NCBI GenBank assembly: GCA_036507075.1
Contig: DASXQR010000059.1
Location: forward strand, 1 to 64,000
DNA: 64,000 nucleotides
Direction of reading: 5' to 3'
From: Acidobacteriota bacterium
GTDB lineage: Bacteria; Acidobacteriota; UBA6911; JACQSX01
Made by a program: the position numbers and the translations under genes. The stretch's first letter is position 1. Every line of letters begins with the position of its first letter. Of this stretch, positions 38,984-47,998 are shown in pieces. Under the pieces are notes generated by a model. That model searched no databases. It was not told where the DNA came from and saw nothing but the letters and a program-made list of their open reading frames with translations.

Positions 38984-41614
38984 ATGCGAATGAAGATTCA
39001 AATCGCGGCGTGTGGGCTGTTGGCCATTGGCGTGGCCGCCTCGAATCTTTTTGCGCCCGGCTATCCCCCTTCCATTCCGCAATCCATCGTGCTGACCGTG
39101 CGCGAGACCGCCGGTGTTGCGCGGAACCGGGAGGTGCTGCGGTCCGGTATTCCCATACCCCGTGCGCTGAATCTCATTACGGTGACAAATCTGACGATCG
39201 TCGACAGCGCCGGAACTGCCGTGCCCGCGGAGTTTGAGGTCCTGGCTCGCTGGAACGCCGGGCGAGACTCCAACGCTCCCGTCCAATGGCTGCTTGTTAC
39301 CTTTGCTGCCTCCGTCGAGGCGGGAAAAAGCTCCGTCTATCGGCTCGTCACCGACGGATCCGCCGGGCCTAACCCCGCTCCGGCCACTCCCATTACGACA
39401 AACCGAAGCGGAAACCAGGTGACCGTCAATACCGGCGCCGCCACGTTCGTTGTCGGAGGAAATCCCGCCGGCCTGGTAGATGAGATTCGATTGCCGAGCG
39501 GCACCCGTTTGGCAAGCGCCGGTTCTCTGACCGCCCGGGTCAACAACGTCGACACACAGCATCCCACTACCAGGCGTGTCTCCATCGAGCACGCTGGTCC
39601 TCTGATCAGCATCGTTGTAATCGAAGGAGCCTATGATCTTCCCGCAATCGGTGGAGGCGGCCTTTCTTCCAGAGTGCGGTACGTTTTCAGCGCCGGTTCT
39701 CCCACGGCAATCCTTCGCCACTCGGTCAACTGGGAAGGAGACCGCTGCGGCAGCGGGGTGATCTTTTGTGACGGTTCGCTGAATGCGCTTCGCGTTCAAC
39801 GGGTGCGAAACACGGTGAATCTGGATTTTGGCGCTCCGCTTATTGTGACGGCTCTCGGAAGCCGCACCGCTTCACCGGTCCAGGGAGCGCTTGCGGCAGG
39901 CCAATCCGCCTCGATCCGCCAGCAGTTGCGGGCAAGCCGAAACGCCCCCCTCGCCTTGGAGATCAATGTCCCCGGCAATTCAATTCAGGGCGGAGCCAAG
40001 GCAGACGCCGGCATTCTGTCCGTCAGCGGCGCGACGGGAGCGCTGGCGCTGGCCCTGAACCAGATGCATCGCTATGAGCCGCAGGCGCTGCGTGTTTTGG
40101 ACGGCAATCGAATCGCTGTTGACATTGCCGACGATCAAGTCTGGCTGGGGGCGCGCCAGGGACTTTTTGCCACGATGGCTCTCAGCGCGCTGGGAGCGAA
40201 TCCGAACCGGACCGATCTGGAGCAATTCACCTGGGCTCCGCTCAATCACCCCCTGCGCGCCTGGCCGGAACCGGCCTGGTTTGCCGCCTCGGGGGCCGTC
40301 GATGAGTTCCCCGTCGACAAGCTCCCGAGGGACTTGGAATCCTATGACACGCTGGTTTCCCGCGTGCTGCAAAAGACATTGGACACCGGCGAACAGGAGG
40401 GAGTTTCCGGGTTGATGACCTACGGCCTGTATCCCCGATACTGGGGCAACGCGGTTACCGGAAATGAACTGGACTGCGGACCGGACGATCCGACTCCCGG
40501 CGAGAGCTGGGACAATCTTTACTGGTGTACGACCTGGACCGATTACCACAGCACGGCTGCCACCGTTCCGGTGTGGGCTTTTCGTACCGGCCAAGTCGAG
40601 TGGCTCGACGAATTTGCCGCTCCCGCGGCGCTGCGCATGCTGCACACGCAAATCATGCAGTGCAGTTCGACCGATGCTTACTTTTACTGCGGCCAGGCCC
40701 CCGCCGGTTATGGCGGGTACCGCGAAAATTTCAACAGCTCTCACGCCTACTTTGACAATCTCATCCTTTACTACTGGCTTACCGGTGATTACTCGGTCAT
40801 TGAAACGCTGAAAAGGGGCGCCGCTTCGATGCGGAATTACCTCTGCAGCCGACGCCCCGAAGCCGTGTGCCAGCCGGAGGACCCTCCGGTGGACGAGTTT
40901 GCCGGCTTGACGGGGAGAGTTGCTTCGCAGTGGTTGTCGGTATTTCGAGTGGTGGGGCTCGCCGGCGATGATCCGTCTTATCTGGGCGACTGGCGCTCAG
41001 GAATGGCGCGCGCCGTCACACAGTGGTACGTGGAAGCCGAACAGGCCGGAACACGTTACGGGTTCTGGACGGGAGGCTTGCCGCTGCGGGGGCCTGGGAC
41101 GTACAGCACCGATCAGCTTTGGATGGCGTGTCTCTACGACATGAACAATCTTTATCGACTGCAGCAGGAAACCGAAGATGCTCCGTTCGGCAACCCGGCG
41201 GTGAGGCCCAGCCAGGTCATGGCGGCGTGGGCCCGGACGCTCGCCCGGTTTGGATCACGGGTGAGCGGTGATGGCACCGCAGCGGGAGCCTGGCCGAATG
41301 CGCTGTTTTTCACCTGGACCGGCCCGCGAATCGGAGGCACGCTCATATCTGTGAGCGCGAATACCGCAGGCGGCGATCCCTTCCTTTATGAAACGGGGAA
41401 AGCCTGCATCACTGCCGCGATAGTGCGCGCAGGCATTCAGTCCGCTGATGCGCAGCTCTTGGCGCTCGGCGCAGATTTGACAAAGTTTGCCCTCAATGCA
41501 GCGTCAAGCGATTTTTCACCGCTGGGTAAATTAATGGGCGAGTATTTGAGCCGGACGCATTCGGCGGTGGCCCGCCTGGCGGCCGCCGCTGCCAGAAACC
41601 GCCGCAGACCCTGA
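38984..41614 (+). CDS. Large secreted protein, probable PcRGLX/YetA-like (rhamnogalacturonan exolyase-related) fold
   Basis: Signal peptide. LTVRETAGVAR..SGIPIPR..AVPAEFEVLARW..VQWLLVTF resembles the N-terminal barrel of that group. Aromatic-rich helical C-half; ends ARNRRRP. Confidence 0.55.
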   Translation: MRMKIQIAACGLLAIGVAASNLFAPGYPPSIPQSIVLTVRETAGVARNREVLRSGIPIPRALNLITVTNLTIVDSAGTAVPAEFEVLARWNAGRDSNAPVQWLLVTFAASVEAGKSSVYRLVTDGSAGPNPAPATPITTNRSGNQVTVNTGAATFVVGGNPAGLVDEIRLPSGTRLASAGSLTARVNNVDTQHPTTRRVSIEHAGPLISIVVIEGAYDLPAIGGGGLSSRVRYVFSAGSPTAILRHSVNWEGDRCGSGVIFCDGSLNALRVQRVRNTVNLDFGAPLIVTALGSRTASPVQGALAAGQSASIRQQLRASRNAPLALEINVPGNSIQGGAKADAGILSVSGATGALALALNQMHRYEPQALRVLDGNRIAVDIADDQVWLGARQGLFATMALSALGANPNRTDLEQFTWAPLNHPLRAWPEPAWFAASGAVDEFPVDKLPRDLESYDTLVSRVLQKTLDTGEQEGVSGLMTYGLYPRYWGNAVTGNELDCGPDDPTPGESWDNLYWCTTWTDYHSTAATVPVWAFRTGQVEWLDEFAAPAALRMLHTQIMQCSSTDAYFYCGQAPAGYGGYRENFNSSHAYFDNLILYYWLTGDYSVIETLKRGAASMRNYLCSRRPEAVCQPEDPPVDEFAGLTGRVASQWLSVFRVVGLAGDDPSYLGDWRSGMARAVTQWYVEAEQAGTRYGFWTGGLPLRGPGTYSTDQLWMACLYDMNNLYRLQQETEDAPFGNPAVRPSQVMAAWARTLARFGSRVSGDGTAAGAWPNALFFTWTGPRIGGTLISVSANTAGGDPFLYETGKACITAAIVRAGIQSADAQLLALGADLTKFALNAASSDFSPLGKLMGEYLSRTHSAVARLAAAAARNRRRP

Positions 41615-41623
41615 AAATAAGAT

Positions 41624-42112
41624 TTGGAGGCATCCATGATTCCTGTCAGAAAAAACAAAGGAACAGCGGTTTTTCATTTTGCCTTTGCGTTGTCGATCTT
41701 CTTTCACGCTTTCGCACCCTGGGGCGTTTCGCAAAATAACGACCGGACGGCGAACGAGCTTCGCCGAATCGAAAACGGCCGAATGGAGTCAATGACGCGC
41801 GCCGACATCGCAGCACTGGAGAAGCTTCTGGGCGACGATCTCACCTACGTCCACTCCAGCGGAAGGTTGGAAACTAAGGCGGAATTTCTGCAGTCCCTGA
41901 GATCGGGGAAGCTGAGATATAAGTCCATCGACATTAAGGAGCTGCAGGTTCGTCCCTACGGCAATACCGCCGTTCTAACGGGTCGATGTCAAGTCGAGAT
42001 CAACTCGAACGGGGAGGATCTCAGCTTTGAGATCCGCTACACCGATATCTGGGTGAAAAGGCAGTCAACCTGGCAAATGGTAGCCTGGCAAGCCACGCGC
42101 CTCCCGGGATAA
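41624..42112 (+). CDS. NTF2-like / DUF4440 family secreted protein
   Basis: DIAALEKLLGDDLTYVHSSG..TKAEFL, YGNTAVLTG, RYTDIWVKR..WQMVAWQAT. ATG 41636 after ggagg is the likelier start. Confidence 0.85.
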   Translation: MEASMIPVRKNKGTAVFHFAFALSIFFHAFAPWGVSQNNDRTANELRRIENGRMESMTRADIAALEKLLGDDLTYVHSSGRLETKAEFLQSLRSGKLRYKSIDIKELQVRPYGNTAVLTGRCQVEINSNGEDLSFEIRYTDIWVKRQSTWQMVAWQATRLPG

Positions 42113-42115
42113 AAA

Positions 42116-42420
42116 GGGACAGGCCCCTAATTTCCGGAAATTAGGGGCCTGTCCCCCCATTTTAAATTCAGCCGGAGCCGCGAAGTGTAAGCGAGCGGCA
42201 CTCCAGACTGACGAACCAGATCGGTGGCATTGACAACCGCCACGGATCCAACGTCGCTGCAGAATTGTAAATTCGCTGACTTGAACTGATCACATCCCCG
42301 CCGCTCGCTTACACTTCGCGGCTCCGTTGGTGCATGGACTTTGGCCAGCGGGGGGCGCAGAAGGTAAGGGAAAATGGGGGAAAGGGAAAATGGGGACAAA
42401 ATGGGAAAATGCAGACTCCT
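42116..42420. repeat. Perfect 40-bp palindrome, REP doublet and gggaaaat array
   Basis: gggacaggcccctaatttcc|ggaaattaggggcctgtccc (42116-42155); cggagccgcgaagtgtaagcgagcgg / ccgctcgcttacacttcgcggctccg (42173-42326). Confidence 0.85.
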
Positions 42421-42431
42421 AATTTTCTCAG

Positions 42432-42842
42432 ATCCTGGTGACCCCCGGCCGCGTTCCCTGCAATGCTCCTCCCTGGGGAGCTTTGAGTGCAGTCAGTGTG
42501 GCTGACGGCGCATTGCGTTGGGAAGTTCCGCTTGGCACTATCCCGTACCTGTCGGCCGCGCCTCAGTCGTCAAACTGGGGTTCGGTCAATCTTGGGGGCA
42601 CGATCGTCACTGCGGGCGACCTGGTATTTGTCGCTGCCTGCATGGACGAATACCTGCGCGCGTTCGACGTCGAAACAGGGCGCGAGATCTGGAAGGCGGA
42701 ACTTCCCGCCAGCGCTCAAGCCACACCCATGACCTACCGCTCGCCCAGGAGCGGAAGACAATTTGTGGTGATCGCCGCCGGCGGCCACGGAAAGCTGGGA
42801 ACGAAAAAAGGCGACTACGTGGTGGCGTTTCGATTGCCGTAG
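42432..42842 (+). pseudogene. C-terminal remnant of a PQQ-dependent glucose/quinate dehydrogenase
   Basis: PCNAPPWGAL..WEVPLG, GGTIVTAGDLVF, LRAFDVETGREIW, QATPMTY, GRQFVVIAAGGHG..GDYVVAFRLP. This covers only ~135 aa of an enzyme normally several hundred aa long. Confidence 0.8.
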
Positions 42843-42874
42843 AGACTGAACCGCCAAGAACGCAAGGGCCAACC

Positions 42875-42980
42875 AAATGCGGAATGCGGAATGTGGAATG
42901 CGGAATCCAAGCTAATCCCTGGAAGCCAATACCAAATCATTTCTCAATTCCGCATTCCGCATTCCGCAATCCGCATTCGA
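42875..42980. repeat. aatgcgg-family inverted heptamer element
   Basis: aatgcggaatgcggaatgtggaatgcggaat ... attccgcattccgcattccgcaatccgcatt. Confidence 0.85.
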
Positions 42981-43109
42981 GGCGTACTGAACGGTTCCGT
43001 CTTTTGAGTTTTGAGGCCGCATGCTGGTATCCAACCACTCGACTTGCGGTGTATATTGTAAGGATACGGAACTCAACGCCTTCTGGACATCAGGCCTCAG
43101 GAGATTGTC

Positions 43110-44420
43110 ATGAATAAGAAAACATCGGATTTGTCCCCCACGCCGGCGCCCACGCGGCGTCAATTCCTCAAAACATCAGGAGCGGCTCTGGCTTCCGGCG
43201 CTATTGCGGCCAGCCTTCCGCTTGAGATCAGCGCCCATCCGGCCGGAGGCGATTTGCTTCGTGTCGGACTGATCGGTTGCGGAGGCCGCGGGACAGGAGC
43301 AGCCGCCGAAGGGCTGCAGGCGGACAAAAACGTGAAACTCGTTGCCATGGCCGACGCATTCTCGGACCGCCTCGAGAGCAGCCTGCAGACCCTTCTAAAA
43401 ATGCAGGAAATCGCCTCCAAGATCGACGTGCCCGCTGAACGGCGCTTCGTCGGATTCGATGCTTACAGACAGTTGATAGACAGCGGAGTGGACGTGGTAC
43501 TGCTTGCGGCGCCGCCGCACTTCCGTCCCACGCACCTGAAGGCGGCCGTCGACGCCGGCAAGCATATTTTCGCGGAGAAGCCGGTGGCCGTGGATGCTCC
43601 CGGCGTGCGCTCTGTTCTGGCTACGTGTGAAGAAGCCAAAAAGAAGAACCTCTCGCTTGTCTCAGGACTCTGCTTTCGGTACCACGAGGGTTTCCGTGAG
43701 ATTGTCAAACGCATTCACGACGGAGGAGTAGGTGAAATTCGCGGGCTGCAGGCAAACGATTATCGCGGCCCGATCTGGGTCAAGCCGCGCCAGCCGGAAT
43801 GGAGCGACATGGAATGGCAGATGCGCAACTGGTACTACTTCACCTGGCTGTCGGGAGACTTCAATGTCGAACAGCATGTCCATTTTCTCGACAACTGCAG
43901 TTGGGTAATGAGCGACTACCCGGTGCGCGCTCTTGGCGTGGGGGGGCGTACAGTACGGACCGGCCCCGAGTATGGAAATATTTACGACCATCATGCCGTC
44001 ACGTATGAGTATGCCAACGGCGCCAAGCTCTATGCCACCTGCCGCCAATACGCCGGGTGCCATAACGATATCAGCGCGTACGTGCTCGGCAGCAAAGGCA
44101 CCGCCATAATCGCAGATCGAAAGCTCTCCATCATGACCGACAGTCCGTGGGAATACACCGGTCCGAACGGAAACATGTACCAAAACGAACAGGACCAGTT
44201 CTTCGCCAGCATCCGTAATGGTAAACCGATCAACAATGGCGACTACATGTCAAAGAGCACGCTGCTCGCCATCATGGGTCGCATGGCCACGTACACGGGC
44301 CAGTTGATCACCTGGGAGCAAGCGATGAACTCCAATGAAGACCTGACGCCCCCGAAGTATGACTGGGGAACGCTGGCTACGCCATCGGTGGCGATCCCCG
44401 GCGTGACAAAGTTCGCGTGA
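43110..44420 (+). CDS. Gfo/Idh/MocA oxidoreductase with Tat signal
   Basis: TRRQFLK; VGLIGCGGRG; AEKP; GDFNVEQHVH. Confidence 0.9.
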   Translation: MNKKTSDLSPTPAPTRRQFLKTSGAALASGAIAASLPLEISAHPAGGDLLRVGLIGCGGRGTGAAAEGLQADKNVKLVAMADAFSDRLESSLQTLLKMQEIASKIDVPAERRFVGFDAYRQLIDSGVDVVLLAAPPHFRPTHLKAAVDAGKHIFAEKPVAVDAPGVRSVLATCEEAKKKNLSLVSGLCFRYHEGFREIVKRIHDGGVGEIRGLQANDYRGPIWVKPRQPEWSDMEWQMRNWYYFTWLSGDFNVEQHVHFLDNCSWVMSDYPVRALGVGGRTVRTGPEYGNIYDHHAVTYEYANGAKLYATCRQYAGCHNDISAYVLGSKGTAIIADRKLSIMTDSPWEYTGPNGNMYQNEQDQFFASIRNGKPINNGDYMSKSTLLAIMGRMATYTGQLITWEQAMNSNEDLTPPKYDWGTLATPSVAIPGVTKFA

Positions 44421-44514
44421 AACTGAGTGAAGAAGCGCCAGTCGATCCGGGTTGACCGGCGCGTACGGTCTCAACCATCGAACGTCCGGCACGATCTTCG
44501 ACACCGCCTGCCTG

Positions 44515-45858
44515 ATGAAACTGATACGGCCCACCTGCTGCTTCCTGAGCTTGTTCCTTTTCATAGCGCTGAGCATGAGGGAGAACCTGGCTGCTGCCAA
44601 ACCTGCAAGCAGACCGGCTCTGCAGTCCGAAACAGCGGTCGATTCAACCACACTAAACGGAAAACTGATGATGGGTTACCAGGGATGGTTTCTCTGCCCG
44701 GCCGACGGCTCACCCGTGAACAGCTGGTTTCACTGGTTCCGCCGCAACCAGACCCCGGATGCTTCGACCGTTACCGTGGACTTTTGGCCCGACACGTCGG
44801 AACTGGAGCCGGACGAACTGTTCATCACACCTTTCACGCGTCCCGATGGCAGCTCCGCACCCCTCTACTCCTCGTACAAACAAAAGACTGTTCTGCGACA
44901 TTTCCAATGGATGCAGCAATACGGACTTGATGGGGTATTCCTGCAGCGATTCTCATCGGAACTTCGGGACAGCCGCTACTTCAACGTTCGAAACCAGGTT
45001 ACCCGGAATGTTCTCGCGGGAGCGGAGGCATTCGGGCGTGTCTTTGCCATCATGTACGACATCTCCGGCCAGAGTGAAGCCACACTGGTCCAGGATCTCA
45101 AGAATGACTGGTCTTACTTGGTAGACACGCTGAAAATAACCGAGAGCTCCAGCTATTTGAAACATAAAGGAAAGCCCGTGCTGGCGATCTGGGGATTTGG
45201 ATTCACTGATCGACCCGGAACGCCCGAGCAGGTGCGCCAGCTGATTTCGTTCTTCCAGTCTGAAGCGCCTGAAAAATATCGGGTCACACTGGTGGGAGGC
45301 GTGCCGTCTTACTGGCGCACTCTGACACGGGATTCCAAAACAGATCCGGCCTGGGCGCAAGTCTATCGCTCGTTTGACGTGCTCAGCCCATGGGCCGTAG
45401 GGCGATTCTCCGATGAGGCAGGCGCGGAACGATTCAGGCGCGATGTCACTGTGCCTGATCTGGCGGAAACTGCCGCCGGGAACATAGAATACCTGCCCGT
45501 CATTTTCCCCGGCTTCTCCTGGTCAAATCTTAACAAAGGACCCTTTAACCAGATCCCTCGGTTGGGAGGACGGTTTTATTGGAAGCAGGTCTACAACGCA
45601 CTCTCGGCGGGAGCGTCGATGCTTTACGGCGCGATGTTCGATGAGGTCGATGAAGGCACCGCTATGTTCAAAATGGCGCCTACCCCGCTTCAGATGCCCG
45701 AGCAGGGAAGATTCGTGCCTTTAAGCGTCGATGGCTATGCCCTGCCGAGTGACTGGTATCTCCGCGTTGCGGGCGCGGCAGGAAAAATGCTGCGGCATGA
45801 AATCCCCCTGGAGAACGAAATGCCCCTGCCGCTTCCCACTCGAAGAAGAAGGCCCTGA
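44515..45858 (+). CDS. Secreted GH71/GH99-like glycoside hydrolase
   Basis: Signal; KLMMGYQGWF, HFQWMQQYGLDGVFLQRF, MYDISG, YLKHKGKPV..WGFG, PGFSW, YGAMFDEVDEGT; ends PTRRRRP. Confidence 0.8.
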   Translation: MKLIRPTCCFLSLFLFIALSMRENLAAAKPASRPALQSETAVDSTTLNGKLMMGYQGWFLCPADGSPVNSWFHWFRRNQTPDASTVTVDFWPDTSELEPDELFITPFTRPDGSSAPLYSSYKQKTVLRHFQWMQQYGLDGVFLQRFSSELRDSRYFNVRNQVTRNVLAGAEAFGRVFAIMYDISGQSEATLVQDLKNDWSYLVDTLKITESSSYLKHKGKPVLAIWGFGFTDRPGTPEQVRQLISFFQSEAPEKYRVTLVGGVPSYWRTLTRDSKTDPAWAQVYRSFDVLSPWAVGRFSDEAGAERFRRDVTVPDLAETAAGNIEYLPVIFPGFSWSNLNKGPFNQIPRLGGRFYWKQVYNALSAGASMLYGAMFDEVDEGTAMFKMAPTPLQMPEQGRFVPLSVDGYALPSDWYLRVAGAAGKMLRHEIPLENEMPLPLPTRRRRP

Positions 45859-46036
45859 TTCGGAATGCGGAATGGGGAATGCGGAATGGGGAATAGGGAA
45901 TGCGGAATGAGGGATGCGGAATACGACCAGGTTGAAATTCTGATAGATGCGACGGAATCACCACCCATTCCGCATTCCGAAATCCGCATTCCTCATTCCC
46001 CATTCCGCATTTCCCATTCCGAAATCCGCATTCGAG
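45857..46036. repeat. aatgcgg-family inverted heptamer element overlapping the 3' end of the GATase gene
   Basis: Arrays flank the spacer tacgaccaggttgaaattctgatagatgcgacggaatcaccacccattcc. Confidence 0.85.
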
Positions 46037-46766
46037 AAAATTCGGCGGCCGCTTTTACAAATGCCATCACAACCGGATGCGGGTTTTCGGCGGTGGAAGA
46101 AAGCTGCGGCTGAAATAGCGTGGCCAGGAAGAACCGGTGGTTCGCAAGCTCAGCAGCCCGAACTTCTCCCTGCCCCCCGCGCGCGCTGAAACGCAATCCC
46201 GCATCCTGGCGTCTACTTTCGTAGGCTGGATTGACTTCGTAATTGCAGAAAAACTCCTCCTCTACATCGTGGCTCTTGTAAATCAGACGGGCGATGCTTT
46301 TCGGCTCGATGTGGACTCGAAGCCCGCCTGAAAGCTTGGGCGCCCCAGCCGGTCGCTGCTGCACTGCGCAAACAACGGGATAGATAACCAGGTTGTTCGA
46401 TCCCTGACCGTGTTCTGCGCTGTCGGCGTCGGCGATTCCCAAAACATTGCGTGCATACTCTAACAGAGTATGTTGAAACCCACCTCAGGTACCAAGCAAC
46501 GGCCAGTCCCGCACTCTGGCAAATTGAATCGCGCGCAGCACCCCCTCGATGCTTCGGTAAGGACTTCCCGGAGAGATCCAGACGCCCTGGCAATTCCTGA
46601 GGGTCCTCTCGTAGTTCTGCTCCAGCAGAGAATCGGTGGGAAGCCACTGCCATTTCAGATTCAGACCCAGAGCCTGCGCTGCGTGATCGAGCGAATGATT
46701 AGTGGCATGATGGGAGTGGAAGTCAGGGTTAAAGTCTCCGATGATTGAAATCCGGACCGGTGTCAT
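45993..46766 (-). CDS. Stand-alone CTP-synthase-like class I glutamine amidotransferase, probable selenoprotein (TGA 46487-46485 = Sec94)
   Basis: ORFs 46485-46766 and 45993-46442 share a frame. Read-through gives PGSPY..AIQFAR..PLLGT-U-GGFQHTLLEYARNVLG, placing TGA at the nucleophile-elbow Cys. A perfect hairpin begins 12 nt downstream. Confidence 0.85.
46454..46472 (-). promoter_or_regulatory. Candidate bacterial SECIS hairpin
   Basis: On the minus strand CATACTCT-GTT-AGAGTATG forms a perfect 8-bp stem. There are 20 nt between the UGA and the G-starting loop. Confidence 0.75.
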
Positions 46767-46804
46767 TAGCGTTTAGTGTGAGATTTAGGGAATGGTGGAG
46801 CGGC

Positions 46805-47205
46805 AGCACGCGAAGCACAGAGCTACGTCCCGCAAGGGCGTGGTGGGGATAATGCTAGTCGGTGAGACGACGGGAGTCGGTGATATCAGGGAGTCGGTGA
46901 GACGGCAAGATCACAGTACCGCGATCCGTAAGGTCGCGGCGCGTCGGAGTAAACCGCCTCGAAGGGATTAGCATCGCTCCTTCCACCAGCCACTCCGCGA
47001 CATCCACATGATGGCAACTGCCGTCAGGCCGGAGCGATGGTAACGGCTCGAGACGGCTCAATCTGCGCGCCGCGACCTTACGGATCGCGGTACTGTGATC
47101 TCACCTACTCGCCTGATTCCCACCACGCCCTTGCGGGACGTGGCTCTGTGCTTCGCGTGCTCCCCTTCTCCCCCTCTCCCACTCTCCCTCTCTCCCACTC
47201 CCAAA
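46805..47205. repeat. Three-layer nested inverted-repeat element followed by an 8-mer pyrimidine array
   Basis: Outer agcacgcgaagcacagagctacgtcccgcaagggcgtggtggg / cccaccacgcccttgcgggacgtggctctgtgcttcgcgtgct. Inner cacagtaccgcgatccgtaaggtcgcggcgcg / cgcgccgcgaccttacggatcgcggtactgtg. Confidence 0.85.
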
Positions 47206-47210
47206 TACCA

Positions 47211-47915
47211 CTAGCCTTTCACCCTTCTCAACTTGATGTCCCGCAGCGCGGCCTTGGTTCTCCAGGTGGCGATTCCAAGCGGACGCGAAGGATCAACCTC
47301 GATGCGGATTGAAATCCGCCGTCCTTTAGTCACCACGTCAACCATTTTCTCATCGTCGATCCAGGCCTCAATCTTCGGCTCCGTCACGCGAACGCGAATC
47401 CGGTACCATCGATTCCTGGCAAAGCTCCTGGTCTGGCTGGTTTCATTCTCAGACGCGTCCTCGCCGTCCAGACTGGACAGGCCCACCGTACCGCCTCCCC
47501 ACCCGCCTACAATAAAGCTGCAGTGAGAGGCCGCCACAGGAAAGGTAAGCCCGCAAAAGAAGTCATTTCCATCCAGCTTCATCGCTTCCAGGCTGATCTC
47601 GTAGTTAAGCTGCGGCAGTGGGCCGCCTGCCCAGGTTATTCCCGTCAAATCACCGCCCATGGCAAGAATGATCTGGCCGTTCTCGACCGAAACGGGACCT
47701 TCCCCACCAAAATTCGTTGGCTGCCAGTTTTTCAGCGTTTTGCCGTCAAACAAAGACTGCCAGGGTTCGTCCTCCGGAACTCCGGCAGGCTCTCCAGCCG
47801 GCGCTGAAGATCCGGTCAACACTGCGCTGCGTGCCGCAACGGGAAGCAGCAACAGTGCCAGAAACAGCATGGTCAGGCAAACGGCGCTCTTTAAATACCC
47901 CCAAGTGTGATCCAT
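47211..47915 (-). CDS. DUF1080 (3-keto-disaccharide hydrolase-like) secreted protein
   Basis: Signal; WQSLFDGKTLKNW; NYEISLEAMKLDGNDFFCG; WYRIRVRV. Start is 47915 or 47870. Confidence 0.8.
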   Translation of the reverse strand: MDHTWGYLKSAVCLTMLFLALLLLPVAARSAVLTGSSAPAGEPAGVPEDEPWQSLFDGKTLKNWQPTNFGGEGPVSVENGQIILAMGGDLTGITWAGGPLPQLNYEISLEAMKLDGNDFFCGLTFPVAASHCSFIVGGWGGGTVGLSSLDGEDASENETSQTRSFARNRWYRIRVRVTEPKIEAWIDDEKMVDVVTKGRRISIRIEVDPSRPLGIATWRTKAALRDIKLRRVKG

Positions 47916-47998
47916 TGCACCAAAGATTTCACCACAAAGACACCAAGAGCACAAAGAAACTTAATGCAGTCCTACAGTTGTTTCATAATGATCGACGT

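Noticed and set aside
45993..46766. pyrG, or a nonsense pseudogene
   Set aside because: There is no synthetase domain. The single stop falls exactly on the catalytic Cys and is followed by a SECIS-like hairpin.
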